Below are positions 11,348-22,387 of a stretch of DNA of 64,000 nt, piece by piece. Under the pieces are notes generated by a model. That model was not told where the DNA came from and did no database searches. It saw only the letters and a list, made by a program, of their open reading frames with translations. The DNA is taken from positions 384,001 to 448,000 of the forward strand of contig BK006939.2 of NCBI GenBank assembly GCA_000146045.2, in the 5' to 3' direction. The position numbers and the translations under genes were made by a program. This DNA comes from TPA_inf: Saccharomyces. Taxonomy: Eukaryota. Numbering within the stretch: the first letter of the stretch is position 1; every line of letters starts with the position of its first letter.

Positions 11348-12172
11348 CTAGCTTTTTACCTTCTTCTTGACTTGCTTTTTCCTTAGAATAATTAACCTCA
11401 CATCCTTTAAGTACACTTTACTTCTACAAAGAGCGCAATGGCCGAACTGTCTACATGTTCTTGAGCTATTAACCATTTGAAATAAGCATGGACAACAAAA
11501 GACGTGCCCACATAACGTCATGAGGGCTGTCTCTGGAGGTTCAAAACAAATCGGGCAGCGATAGTCCTTGGCTGCACCATACTCTTTGGGTGCTTCTTTG
11601 GTTTCCTCCTGAAAGTCGTCATCTGATATTTGCAACACTTGTTGCTCTTCAGCGTCTAAGTCTATGGCATCTGCAGTTAAATCAACAGTTTGTTCCTTAC
11701 TATTTGTTCCAGGTTTCGTTGTCGGCGGTGCTGCGTCAAGCATCGGGGAAGCACTCGGAGTGTTTGCTGTTTGTGAAAGAACGTCCATTGTGTGCAATTC
11801 TTCAACATTATTCGTTAATGTGATATTGTTACCAGAACTTGCTTCTGGCTCTTCGGTATGCATTGTTTCCCTGTCATGATTCCCAGAATCGTTGTTACTG
11901 GTGTTATGGTCGCTACCTGGATCTTCTTCAAGTGCTCTAAAGAGAGATAAATCATCATCACCATCTTCCTCAGAAGTATTCTCAAGAGCTCGCTCTCCAA
12001 TGATTTCGACTACGGCCTCTGGGCTGTCATGGCGGTTATCTGTGACGATATTTTGTGTTCTCGATACTTCATTTTCTTCCTCCTCATCGTTCTGCCTGAC
12101 CGACTCTAGTCTTACCCTTTTGATTCGTAGATTTTCACCTTCTGGATTTTGGTTATCAGGTCTTCTTGCCAT
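11348..12172 (-). CDS. SLX8: Slx8 SUMO-targeted ubiquitin ligase subunit with a C-terminal RING finger.
   Basis: A 274 aa ORF whose C-terminus carries a C3HC4 RING (CPICFEPPETALMTLCGHVFCCPCLFQMV...CALCR). Confidence 0.85.
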   Translation of the reverse strand: MARRPDNQNPEGENLRIKRVRLESVRQNDEEEENEVSRTQNIVTDNRHDSPEAVVEIIGERALENTSEEDGDDDLSLFRALEEDPGSDHNTSNNDSGNHDRETMHTEEPEASSGNNITLTNNVEELHTMDVLSQTANTPSASPMLDAAPPTTKPGTNSKEQTVDLTADAIDLDAEEQQVLQISDDDFQEETKEAPKEYGAAKDYRCPICFEPPETALMTLCGHVFCCPCLFQMVNSSRTCRQFGHCALCRSKVYLKDVRLIILRKKQVKKKVKS

Positions 12173-12378
12173 ACAAGGTGTAATTAATTTACTCGTTTGT
12201 TACTTGGCCGCCCCTTTATATTGACTCAGTAGGGGAAAAAGTACTGTTGATCGAAGAAAGAAAGTTGTTCCTACTAATCTTCCGCATGCTCTAATATCTG
12301 ACATATTATCCCTTCTCTTCTGTAATTTCCTAAAATACAAATAGATGTAGAAAACAGTTCTTTCTTTCCCTGTTGTAT

Positions 12379-12410
12379 ACATCCGTACACTTTTGTGAAC
12401 CCAAACATTT
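12379..12410. promoter_or_regulatory. Two tandem Rap1-like sites in the RPL23B promoter.
   Basis: ACATCCGTACACT (one mismatch to ACACCCRYACAYM) and AACCCAAACATTT lie about 370 bp upstream of the RPL23B ATG. This arrangement is typical of ribosomal protein promoters. Confidence 0.4.
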
Positions 12411-12768
12411 TTTGTTTAATTTGAAAGATTTTTTTCTATTAGGAGCCGTCTCCTTCAATTCTCGGCAAAGCGAGGGTTCCTCTCATGCTTACTGTTCTCT
12501 TCCCCACCGGCAGCTGCTGGGAACCCTCCAACATGCTGTGCACGGGGGAGGGACAGTAGCTAACTACCTTTCACTTGGGCGGGAAACTGAAACTAATACG
12601 GTGCTGTCCCGGCTTGCGCCTCTGAGACTTACTGGAAGGAAGCCCACGGTTTCTTTTCAGTTGGATGGAGAGTTATAATCAAGAAGTATATAGATTTTGA
12701 ATATTGATTAAGCGAGTAATATTGCTATTTCGAAATAATCGAGAAATCACGATAATAATACAGCAAAA

Positions 12769-12810
12769 ATGTCAGGTAACGGTGCTCAAGGTACAAAATT
12801 CAGAATTTCT
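12769..12810 (+). CDS. RPL23B: RPL23B exon 1 (14 codons, MSGNGAQGTKFRIS).
   Basis: The ATG at 12769 is followed by a GTATGT 5' splice site at 12811. Confidence 0.9.
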
Positions 12811-13281
12811 GTATGTTAAAACCGAAACAAGTGGAAATACCCATTTAAATCACACAAGATGTCGTCAATCAACAAATAAAAAAGTATATTCCCGAGACTG
12901 AATGTTACAATTGAGACAAGCAATGTTCAAGAAATGTGGGAGTCTATCAATGAATATAGTGGATAGCCAAAATGGAAGATGCCAAATTTATCCTTAATGG
13001 CTTCTCCATGCCTACATCCAGATAGCGAAATCTACTTCTGGGCCTTAAAGCGTTAAATGGATGCCTTTCCAACTGATTACTGAGAAGGTTACTTTTGTTA
13101 AGACTATTGGAAGTTCTATGCGGAATATACAAACTCCAAAAATGTCCAATTGTTGTAAGATCATTTATGTCCAAGAAATATATTTGTGTTGATGGTTCCA
13201 TTCTTGCCAAGATAGGATTGATTTACTAACAGATTAATTGTGTGCTCATTTTTATGTGTCACTTACATTTTTTTTAAATAG
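12811..13281 (+). other. RPL23B: RPL23B intron (471 nt).
   Basis: GTATGT at 12811, TACTAAC branch point at about 13222-13228, and the AG acceptor ends at 13281. Joining the exons reconstructs the conserved uL14 sequence ...[17 protein letters not shown]. Confidence 0.9.
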
Positions 13282-13653
13282 TTAGGTTTACCAGTTGGTG
13301 CTATCATGAACTGTGCTGACAACAGTGGTGCCAGAAACTTGTACATCATTGCCGTCAAAGGTTCTGGTTCTAGATTGAACAGATTACCAGCCGCCTCTTT
13401 AGGTGACATGGTTATGGCCACTGTTAAAAAGGGTAAGCCAGAATTGAGAAAGAAGGTTATGCCAGCTATTGTTGTCCGTCAAGCTAAGTCTTGGAGAAGA
13501 AGAGACGGTGTCTTTTTGTACTTCGAGGACAATGCTGGTGTCATCGCTAATCCTAAGGGTGAAATGAAGGGTTCTGCCATTACTGGTCCAGTCGGTAAGG
13601 AATGTGCCGACTTATGGCCAAGAGTTGCTTCCAACTCTGGTGTTGTTGTTTAA
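13282..13653 (+). CDS. RPL23B: RPL23B exon 2 (ribosomal protein L23/uL14, 137 aa in total).
   Basis: [27 protein letters not shown]...SNSGVVV followed by a stop codon. Confidence 0.9.
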   Translation, partial: LGLPVGAIMNCADNSGARNLYIIAVKGSGSRLNRLPAASLGDMVMATVKKGKPELRKKVMPAIVVRQAKSWRRRDGVFLYFEDNAGVIANPKGEMKGSAITGPVGKECADLWPRVASNSGVVV

Positions 13654-13951
13654 ATAAAATTTCCAAGAAAAATTCTTTTAAATCATTATGTAACCTTTTA
13701 AAATATTAATATAAACAATCCAAGTCAAGTCAATGACATGAGAGTGCATATATACATTGTTGGAGAATATTTCAGTGAAGCGGTTGCCTTTTTCTTTGTG
13801 AACATCCTAGAGTAAACATAATACATAAGAATGATTTTTCCTACAATTACAGAACTATATTCTTCAAAACATTACTGTAGAGGGTCATAAAGATAGGTTT
13901 CTTTATTTTTTTCCTTTGACTCGAGAATCCATGCTATAAGATTGTTAATCA

Positions 13952-15055
13952 TTAACGATGCATTTCTTCTGGACCATCGATTAGTTGAACATAATTGCTT
14001 GGAATAATACCTGTTTCACCGTTTGCCCTTCTTGCCTTCCACCATCTGCCTTCAATGTCAGAGACTTGTAGGATTTCATTTTGTTCAAATGAGATTTCGT
14101 AAGCATCATCGTCATCAGCGTCGTATGGGTACAGTGCTTTTGCCTTGTAAATGAAATTATCATCACCGATATCGCTATACAGACCCAAAGTGTCTCCCAT
14201 CGTAGTTTCCGTATTGCCATTTGAAAAATCAGTATCGAACGTATTACCTATATTAGTATTGGTTTGATTATTGCTATTATCATTGGTTTCCTTCGCGTTG
14301 CTTGCGCTATTGATACGTTGTTGTAGAGTGTTCAAGTGAAGATTAACGGCTTCTGAAGTATTTGGCTGAGTATTCTCAAAACCAGCCAATGCCGTAGAAG
14401 ATACATAATTTGTGTGAGAAGGTTGCTGCTGTGGATATCCATCAAACTGTGTCGCGTAGCCTGAGTCTCGTATAGCATCATTATAGACATTATTTTGGTA
14501 AGGCGTTGTGTTCCTATTGCCTCTTCGACGAGCTCTATGAAGAGAATTCTCTAATGGCGAAGGCCTGATACCCTTAATGGAAAACGAATCAATCCATCTA
14601 TTGGTTGGGGAAGCATTATCACCGCCGTAGTACAGAATCCAGATTAAATTTATGATGGAAAGTAAGATGACACCTGCTGAAGCAGCAGCTTTCTTGGGAC
14701 CATCCGCATACACTAAATTCGTTGCACTGTTTGTATTATACACAAATGCCACTGCAATAGATGTGGTGATGAAGATTCTGTAATGATCGACTAAATCAAA
14801 ACAATAGAACAGCATTAAAGAACAAATAATTAGAAATTGGTATACTATACCCCACCAAGTAAAACGTGGGAAGGATTCATTGGTGGATGCAGATGAGATG
14901 GAGCCCCCGATGGCGATGACCCACGATACAATTGCCAAAGAAATTGATGATATAGCGAAAGGATCGGCATAAAATTTTTTCATTTTAAAAGAATGGTCGG
15001 TAGCCATACGTGAAGGTTTACGAGGAGTTGGTCTTATCTTTGATGATATTGACAT
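13952..15055 (-). CDS. SHO1: Sho1 osmosensor (four TM segments + C-terminal SH3).
   Basis: A 367 aa ORF with four N-terminal hydrophobic segments and a C-terminal SH3 (ALYPYDADDDDAYEISFEQNEILQVSDIEGRWWKARR). Confidence 0.9.
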   Translation of the reverse strand: MSISSKIRPTPRKPSRMATDHSFKMKKFYADPFAISSISLAIVSWVIAIGGSISSASTNESFPRFTWWGIVYQFLIICSLMLFYCFDLVDHYRIFITTSIAVAFVYNTNSATNLVYADGPKKAAASAGVILLSIINLIWILYYGGDNASPTNRWIDSFSIKGIRPSPLENSLHRARRRGNRNTTPYQNNVYNDAIRDSGYATQFDGYPQQQPSHTNYVSSTALAGFENTQPNTSEAVNLHLNTLQQRINSASNAKETNDNSNNQTNTNIGNTFDTDFSNGNTETTMGDTLGLYSDIGDDNFIYKAKALYPYDADDDDAYEISFEQNEILQVSDIEGRWWKARRANGETGIIPSNYVQLIDGPEEMHR

Positions 15056-15495
15056 ATTTTGAAAACGTGATTTTTGGTGTTTCTGAAAAGATGGCGTTGA
15101 TCTATAATGTCCAATGTTGTTTTCAAATTATTGGGTTGGCTACTGTTAATAACACGCCCTTTCTTTTAGCGATTCTGTTGAGCAAAGAAAGCTGATATGA
15201 TAGACAATGATACCTCACTGAAAACGAGGCTCAATGACTTTATTCGTGTTCCTGTGTTCTTTGCATATTTCAGCAATCGCTGAAATTTTTATAATACGTA
15301 TGAAGCAAAAGCCCGACTCCGAAAGCTGTTGTGTGTAAATAGATTGAACGCGTTGGGAATGTAAAACGCGATTAAGAATTTCTGATTTAACGCAGGTGCT
15401 AGGTTATTAATAGTTTCTTACGCGGATATGTAGGTTCAAGGGTCTATGTACGTATGGAGGAATAGCAAAAAAAGAATGAGTATACTCTTGCTTAT

Positions 15496-16842
15496 TTAGT
15501 TTAGCTTCAAAGCTGCGGTCAGGCAGGTGATCATGATTATTAGCCCCCAGATAAACAAGAGAAGACCTGTGTATTTGAAAATCTTTGTCGTCAATGGCAC
15601 GGCTGTCTTGTGCTCAGTTCCTATAAGCTTGTAGCCAAAGAGCCCGGGCAGAATGAAAGAAATAGAAGTGGAGCCTGTGGCCCCAACAATGGCCAGTACA
15701 CGGGCCAAGGAGGAAACCGAAATGGCGACAAGATATGATGCAACTAAAATGCTGCACGTTATAACAATAAAGCTCTTGCCTCTCAATGGAGTCTCCTTAG
15801 GCTGATAAATAGATTCTTCTTCAATTACCTCATTGAGGTCAAGGCTACTGTCGCGAATCAACGGAGAACTTTCGGTAGCAACAGTGGGTTCATCCGCCGA
15901 TGTAGCACTTATACTTACATTTTCCTCGGCGAAGTGTTGCAAAATCTGATGGATTGAAGCTCTTGCAGGATGACACTGTAGTGGGAACGCCAGCATCACC
16001 AACAACACAATCGCTATTCTGCCGATGGTGCTCGAGACCGCTTGCGGGTACAGCATGATAATGTTTCCAATGATGTTGTCGCCGAATGTCAGGTATCCAG
16101 CACAGCCGATCGCAATATATAAGATGAGAGCCAAAGATATTGCTATCAGTGGAATCTTCATCACATGCTCGAACCGGCTTGACCTCTGCTCATTGATTAT
16201 TGAAAACATATTGTGGTGACATGTGTAGGCAAAGACAAAAATTGGAAGAGTGTTTAGCACGTTCAAATCATGCGATTGTGGTGGCAGGAGGTAGGAGATC
16301 CGGCCTTTCAAGCGAAGAATCTCATCTGATGGTGCTACATAGTGCAACAACACCAAAACACACAAGTACGCTACAGAAGAGATGGCCACCATGGAAGCGT
16401 ACCTCAACGAATTCAACTTCTTCAGAAAAGACAGCGGGGCCACGAAAAAAAGCATGATCAGTGAAATTTGCACGTTCCTGTTCAACAGCCAAGCATTTCT
16501 GGTCCACACAGACATTATTTGGGGCATCAGATCCCCAACTACAATCATATAAGAGACGCCCACACCAAAACACTTGATAGCGATCGCTAGGTCAAACACA
16601 ATACCTAGATTTGGGTTAATCAACCGCGTCAGAGCACTGAACGAGGCCCTCCCCTGTGGTACGTATTTAGCTACACGAGCTTGTATGAACAAGCTTTGCA
16701 TAGCGCACGCCCCACACAGCACTATCATTATCACTCCAGGAATTAATCCAAACGGCTTGAATGCGTACGGCATGGCCAGGATACCAGCACCGCACGCCGT
16801 GTGTAAAAGTGTCAGCACACCTGATCTAATACTAGCTACCAT
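15496..16842 (-). CDS. AVT6: Vacuolar amino-acid transporter (AVT family).
   Basis: The track start is a GTG. The first ATG gives MVASIRSGVLTLLHTACGAGILAMPYAF..., 448 aa with multiple TM segments. Confidence 0.8.
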   Translation of the reverse strand: MVASIRSGVLTLLHTACGAGILAMPYAFKPFGLIPGVIMIVLCGACAMQSLFIQARVAKYVPQGRASFSALTRLINPNLGIVFDLAIAIKCFGVGVSYMIVVGDLMPQIMSVWTRNAWLLNRNVQISLIMLFFVAPLSFLKKLNSLRYASMVAISSVAYLCVLVLLHYVAPSDEILRLKGRISYLLPPQSHDLNVLNTLPIFVFAYTCHHNMFSIINEQRSSRFEHVMKIPLIAISLALILYIAIGCAGYLTFGDNIIGNIIMLYPQAVSSTIGRIAIVLLVMLAFPLQCHPARASIHQILQHFAEENVSISATSADEPTVATESSPLIRDSSLDLNEVIEEESIYQPKETPLRGKSFIVITCSILVASYLVAISVSSLARVLAIVGATGSTSISFILPGLFGYKLIGTEHKTAVPLTTKIFKYTGLLLFIWGLIIMITCLTAALKLN

Positions 16843-17134
16843 ATGATGCACGATTCCTTTCTATGGTTATTGAGCTGTGAAACTAACCCGTCGTTCGACC
16901 ATTGTTGTTCTATATACTTCTAGTTGCTGTATAGATAAGCTCTCCGATCCCCTAAACGTGCGTGGTGATCTTACTCTTTCGCCCTCGCTTTTTTTTTTTC
17001 GCTTGTTGTTTTCGCAAGGTGAATAGAATGGTTTTAGTAGCAAAGTGCATTGTTTATTGTGTGGTGTGGTTTGACGCACATTCTGTGTTAATAGTGTAGC
17101 AGAAGGGTATTCTACAATCTCCGCGAACCTAAGT

Positions 17135-17869
17135 ATGTCTGCTGTTGAAATTTCCCCTGACGTGTTGGTGTATAAGTCTCCATTAACGGAGCAATCGACA
17201 GAATACGCTAGTATTTCCAACAATTCAGACCAAACCATTGCATTTAAGGTCAAGACCACAGCCCCAAAGTTTTACTGCGTGAGACCAAACGCCGCAGTTG
17301 TTGCTCCAGGTGAAACAATCCAGGTTCAAGTTATCTTCCTGGGTTTGACTGAAGAGCCTGCCGCAGACTTTAAGTGCCGTGACAAGTTCCTGGTTATCAC
17401 GTTGCCTTCTCCTTACGACCTCAATGGCAAGGCTGTTGCAGATGTTTGGTCCGACTTGGAGGCTGAGTTCAAGCAACAGGCTATCTCTAAAAAGATAAAA
17501 GTCAAATATTTGATAAGTCCAGATGTACACCCAGCACAGAACCAAAATATACAGGAAAACAAGGAAACTGTTGAACCAGTAGTCCAAGACAGTGAGCCAA
17601 AGGAAGTGCCTGCTGTGGTAAACGAAAAGGAGGTCCCTGCTGAACCGGAAACTCAACCTCCCGTCCAAGTAAAGAAAGAAGAGGTCCCACCTGTCGTTCA
17701 GAAAACCGTTCCTCATGAAAATGAGAAGCAAACGTCCAACAGCACTCCGGCCCCACAGAACCAGATAAAGGAAGCCGCAACCGTACCTGCAGAAAATGAA
17801 TCATCCAGCATGGGTATATTCATATTGGTTGCACTCCTTATCTTGGTTTTAGGATGGTTCTACAGATAA
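17135..17869 (+). CDS. SCS2: Scs2 VAP homolog (MSP domain + C-terminal TM anchor).
   Basis: A 244 aa ORF with an MSP domain (FKVKTTAPKFYCVRPN) and a C-terminal hydrophobic tail (IFILVALLILVLGWFY). Confidence 0.9.
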   Translation: MSAVEISPDVLVYKSPLTEQSTEYASISNNSDQTIAFKVKTTAPKFYCVRPNAAVVAPGETIQVQVIFLGLTEEPAADFKCRDKFLVITLPSPYDLNGKAVADVWSDLEAEFKQQAISKKIKVKYLISPDVHPAQNQNIQENKETVEPVVQDSEPKEVPAVVNEKEVPAEPETQPPVQVKKEEVPPVVQKTVPHENEKQTSNSTPAPQNQIKEAATVPAENESSSMGIFILVALLILVLGWFYR

Positions 17870-18374
17870 TAGGGAGATTGAGGATATAGCTGTATTCTAA
17901 ATATATATTTATATATGTGTGTGTTTTGCCCTTTCCTTCCTTTCAGTCTTTATTTTACTTTGTTTTTCTACAATCTTTTTTTATTGTTTCCTTCTGTAGC
18001 CTTTACAATACTAGAACAAGGAACTAAAAGATCATACTTTCCTAACTTTTTTATATGTTTTATTTTTTAAATAGGAGAATAATCGATAACTATACCACTG
18101 TTGTAACATATTACTTGTTTAATTTATTCATGTTCGGTTTCCCTAGTGTAGTAGGCGCTATCTTGGGCAAATAACTATCCGTTATTAACCATAACAATGC
18201 GGGGTCTACTAAATGAGGGGAGGGTCTTGGATGCACATTAACGAAGATCTTGCGAGGGGGTCGCGCCTAAAAGGTCCATAAATAAATGAATACATAAACA
18301 GCCACCTACTTTCAGTTTGTTTTTTGCTAGGTCTCATAGTGAACGAGGGACTCACATATTGACAATATAGTAAC

Positions 18375-18719
18375 ATGGGCTTATCGCGCTGGCACGACAA
18401 GAATTCAAGGCCAGCAGAGGAAAAGAGCGAAGAAATGCAACAGGATGCGCACTACTACGCCCTTGCGGCAAGTGATAGTTTAAATGCAAGTGTTTCTAAC
18501 GAATATGGTAATCAAGTAATGAACTCGTTTTGGAAAGTGGGTATAGACTCTCCCTATGTGGACGATGAAGCAATTAGAAACAGAGATGTCGAAAATAACT
18601 TACCTTCTTTAAAGCAAAGTGTTTATAATGCTAATGAACCAAATGCTACCTCGTCTGCATTTTCAACCGCTTCATACGCACATGAAACTTTCGATTTTAG
18701 AAACCTTAAACTAAGATAA
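18375..18719 (+). CDS. Small uncharacterised protein (YER121W).
   Basis: A 114 aa ORF in the right position and of the right length. I see no recognisable domain. Confidence 0.55.
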   Translation: MGLSRWHDKNSRPAEEKSEEMQQDAHYYALAASDSLNASVSNEYGNQVMNSFWKVGIDSPYVDDEAIRNRDVENNLPSLKQSVYNANEPNATSSAFSTASYAHETFDFRNLKLR

Positions 18720-18870
18720 GGGGGGATGAAGAATAAGAATAAACGCACGTACAATGCATATACAACCGTTTCTATGTACCATAAATATAATTATCATATA
18801 ATGAAAAATGAGAATAAAAAACAATGATAACAATGAAAAAAAAAAAATTCAATTAAAGAGAAAATTAAAC

Positions 18871-20352
18871 TTATTTTCTTAAGTAGTCCCTTAAATAACT
18901 ACCGAGTTTTTCAGCACCCTGTTCTACAACGTCTCTCAACATCTGCAATTCATCATCTGCGGAGGCATTAAAATCGATGAAACCGTTATTAGAATTACGG
19001 CCATCAAAATTCCCTGCTCCACTTCCACTACTATTGATGGGATTACCAAATTCATCCACTTCTTTATCTTCTCCAAAGTATGAAGAAGAGGAAATTGATG
19101 TAGCATTGTCAAATGTTTTCAACTTGTCATGCGCTTCCCTGTTTGCTGCTTCATCAAATGAGCCACGACCAAATAATTGATCAGATGATATAGCTTTTTG
19201 TGTGCCGTACCTTTCCGCGATTCTGCCCGTATATCTTGGTCCCTGAGCTATTTTCTGAGATTCTTTTTGTTGCTTTGCCAAATCATTGGCGTCATTCATG
19301 GTCATACCAAATCCCAATTTGGCAAACTTGGGTGTTAAAGTATCTTGCTGTTCTTTTCTAGTTGTGTCGAAGCTGTTTGAAGTGTCATTTAAAAAATCAT
19401 TGAATTCATCAGGCTGGGTATTAATATCATCTATACTGTTATTATTGTTGCCTTTACTGTTATTCATAAATTGGGAATCGTAATCATTTTGTCTAATTTT
19501 GGTGCTAGAAGACGAATTAGTGAACTCGTCCTCCTTTTCTTGTTGAGCCTCTTTTTTAAATTGATCAAACAAGTCTTCTGCCTGTGATTTGTCGACTTTC
19601 TTTGCGGTTAGTCTAGTGGGCTTTCTTGACGAAGACAAAATTGAATGTTTCTTTTTATCTTGCGAGTTTAATACCGGTTTCTTTCTGCTAGCCGTTAAGA
19701 TGGAACTTCTCGTTTTAGTGACAGTGGTCTTGGGTGTGCTGCCTGTGGTGTTGTTTTTTGGGGCGAGAGAGCCTGTATTTACATTGAGTTTAGAACTGGA
19801 ATTGGAGCTTGGTTTTTGCCAATTAGAGAAAAAATCGTCAACACTATTTTCTTTGGAAGTCGACCTGGAAGCGTCTGAATCGGTGTCCAACGGTGAGTCC
19901 GAAGAATCTTGACCGTTCAAGACTAATTCTGATGGGTATAACTCCATATCCTTTTGAACCTTCTTGTCGAGATGTATCTTATATTTCTTAGCAACAGGGC
20001 TCGTATATTTTGTTTTCGCGTCAACATTTGCTGTATTTAGTAGCTGTTTCCCATTGTTCTTTAAGAAAAAATCACGAGCCTTATGGTTCCCACCCAACTT
20101 AAACCTTCTTAAATTGTTAATTGTCCATTTATCTAATGTAGAAGACTTTACAAAGGTGATATGAACACCCATGTTTCTATGCACAGCAGAGCATTGAATA
20201 CACAGCATCACACCAAAAGGTACCGAAGTCCAAGTAGGATTCTTGTTACCACAATCAAAACAAACTCGATTTTCCATGTTGCTACCTAGCTTCTGAAAAA
20301 CTTGTTGAGTAGTCTGTTCCGTGGCAAATGTTTCTCCTTCATCGTTACTCAT
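18871..20352 (-). CDS. GLO3: Glo3 ArfGAP.
   Basis: A 493 aa ORF with an N-terminal ArfGAP zinc finger ([29 protein letters not shown]). Confidence 0.9.
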   Translation of the reverse strand: MSNDEGETFATEQTTQQVFQKLGSNMENRVCFDCGNKNPTWTSVPFGVMLCIQCSAVHRNMGVHITFVKSSTLDKWTINNLRRFKLGGNHKARDFFLKNNGKQLLNTANVDAKTKYTSPVAKKYKIHLDKKVQKDMELYPSELVLNGQDSSDSPLDTDSDASRSTSKENSVDDFFSNWQKPSSNSSSKLNVNTGSLAPKNNTTGSTPKTTVTKTRSSILTASRKKPVLNSQDKKKHSILSSSRKPTRLTAKKVDKSQAEDLFDQFKKEAQQEKEDEFTNSSSSTKIRQNDYDSQFMNNSKGNNNNSIDDINTQPDEFNDFLNDTSNSFDTTRKEQQDTLTPKFAKLGFGMTMNDANDLAKQQKESQKIAQGPRYTGRIAERYGTQKAISSDQLFGRGSFDEAANREAHDKLKTFDNATSISSSSYFGEDKEVDEFGNPINSSGSGAGNFDGRNSNNGFIDFNASADDELQMLRDVVEQGAEKLGSYLRDYLRK

Positions 20353-20812
20353 TGTCGCTATGTGTATACTAAATTGCTCAAGAAGACCGGATCAACAAGT
20401 ACTTAACAAATACCCTTTCTTTGCTATCGCCTTGATCTCCTTTTATAAAATGCCAGCTAAATCGTGTTTACGAAGAATAGTTGTTTTCTTTTTTTTTTTT
20501 TTTTTTCGAAACTTTACCGTGTCGTCGAAAATGACCAAACGATGTTACTTTTCCTTTTGTGTCATAGATAATACCAATATTGAAAGTAAAATTTTAAACA
20601 TTCTATAGGTGAATTGAAAAGGGCAGCTTAGAGAGTAACAGGGGAACAGCATTCGTAACATCTAGGTACTGGTATTATTTGCTGTTTTTTAAAAAAGAAG
20701 GAAATCCGTTTTGCAAGAATTGTCTGCTATTTAAGGGTATACGTGCTACGGTCCACTAATCAAAAGTGGTATCTCATTCTGAAGAAAAAGTGTAAAAGGA
20801 CGATAAGGAAAG

Positions 20813-22387
20813 ATGTCCCAACGATCTTCACAACACATTGTAGGTATTCATTATGCTGTAGGACCTAAGATTGGCGAAGGGTCTTTCGGAGTAATATTTG
20901 AGGGAGAGAACATTCTTCATTCTTGTCAAGCGCAGACCGGTAGCAAGAGGGACTCTAGTATAATAATGGCGAACGAGCCAGTCGCAATTAAATTCGAACC
21001 GCGACATTCGGACGCACCCCAGTTGCGTGACGAATTTAGAGCCTATAGGATATTGAATGGCTGCGTTGGAATTCCCCATGCTTATTATTTTGGTCAAGAA
21101 GGTATGCACAACATCTTGATTATCGATTTACTAGGGCCATCATTGGAAGATCTCTTTGAGTGGTGTGGTAGAAAATTTTCAGTGAAAACAACCTGTATGG
21201 TTGCCAAGCAAATGATTGATAGAGTTAGAGCAATTCATGATCACGACTTAATCTATCGCGATATTAAACCCGATAACTTTTTAATTTCTCAATATCAAAG
21301 AATTTCACCTGAAGGAAAAGTCATTAAATCATGTGCCTCCTCTTCTAATAATGATCCCAATTTAATATACATGGTTGACTTTGGTATGGCAAAACAATAT
21401 AGAGATCCAAGAACGAAACAACATATACCATACCGTGAACGAAAATCATTGAGCGGTACCGCCAGATATATGTCTATTAATACTCATTTTGGAAGAGAAC
21501 AGTCACGTAGGGATGATTTAGAATCGCTAGGTCACGTTTTTTTTTATTTCTTGAGGGGATCCTTGCCATGGCAAGGTTTGAAAGCACCAAACAACAAACT
21601 GAAGTATGAAAAGATTGGTATGACTAAACAGAAATTGAATCCTGATGATCTTTTATTGAATAATGCTATTCCTTATCAGTTTGCCACATATTTAAAATAT
21701 GCACGTTCCTTGAAGTTCGACGAAGATCCGGATTATGACTATTTAATCTCGTTAATGGATGACGCTTTGAGATTAAACGACTTAAAGGATGATGGACACT
21801 ATGACTGGATGGATTTGAATGGTGGTAAAGGCTGGAATATCAAGATTAATAGAAGAGCTAACTTGCATGGTTACGGAAATCCAAATCCAAGAGTCAATGG
21901 CAATACTGCAAGAAACAATGTGAATACGAATTCAAAGACACGAAATACAACGCCAGTTGCGACACCTAAGCAACAAGCTCAAAACAGTTATAACAAGGAC
22001 AATTCGAAATCCAGAATTTCTTCGAACCCGCAGAGCTTTACTAAACAACAACACGTCTTGAAAAAAATCGAACCCAATAGTAAATATATTCCTGAAACAC
22101 ATTCAAATCTTCAACGGCCAATTAAAAGTCAAAGTCAAACGTACGACTCCATCAGTCATACACAAAATTCACCATTTGTACCATATTCAAGTTCTAAAGC
22201 TAACCCTAAAAGAAGTAATAATGAGCACAACTTACCAAACCACTACACAAACCTTGCAAATAAGAATATCAATTATCAAAGTCAACGAAATTACGAACAA
22301 GAAAATGATGCTTATTCTGATGACGAGAATGATACATTTTGTTCTAAAATATACAAATATTGTTGTTGCTGTTTTTGTTGCTGTTGA
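20813..22387 (+). CDS. YCK3: Yck3 casein kinase I isoform with a C-terminal poly-Cys palmitoylation tail.
   Basis: A 524 aa ORF with a CK1 kinase domain (IYRDIKPDNFL) that ends ...KYCCCCFCCC. Confidence 0.9.
   Translation: MSQRSSQHIVGIHYAVGPKIGEGSFGVIFEGENILHSCQAQTGSKRDSSIIMANEPVAIKFEPRHSDAPQLRDEFRAYRILNGCVGIPHAYYFGQEGMHNILIIDLLGPSLEDLFEWCGRKFSVKTTCMVAKQMIDRVRAIHDHDLIYRDIKPDNFLISQYQRISPEGKVIKSCASSSNNDPNLIYMVDFGMAKQYRDPRTKQHIPYRERKSLSGTARYMSINTHFGREQSRRDDLESLGHVFFYFLRGSLPWQGLKAPNNKLKYEKIGMTKQKLNPDDLLLNNAIPYQFATYLKYARSLKFDEDPDYDYLISLMDDALRLNDLKDDGHYDWMDLNGGKGWNIKINRRANLHGYGNPNPRVNGNTARNNVNTNSKTRNTTPVATPKQQAQNSYNKDNSKSRISSNPQSFTKQQHVLKKIEPNSKYIPETHSNLQRPIKSQSQTYDSISHTQNSPFVPYSSSKANPKRSNNEHNLPNHYTNLANKNINYQSQRNYEQENDAYSDDENDTFCSKIYKYCCCCFCCC

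Noticed and set aside
17133-17138. GTATGT overlapping the SCS2 start codon.
   Set aside because: No downstream TACTAAC/AG arrangement preserves the ORF, and the SCS2 ORF is continuous. It is a chance hexamer.
16867-17259. 130 aa minus-strand ORF overlapping the SCS2 5' end and promoter.
   Set aside because: It overlaps a well-supported gene on the opposite strand. It corresponds to what I recall as a dubious ORF (YER119C-A), with no features of its own.
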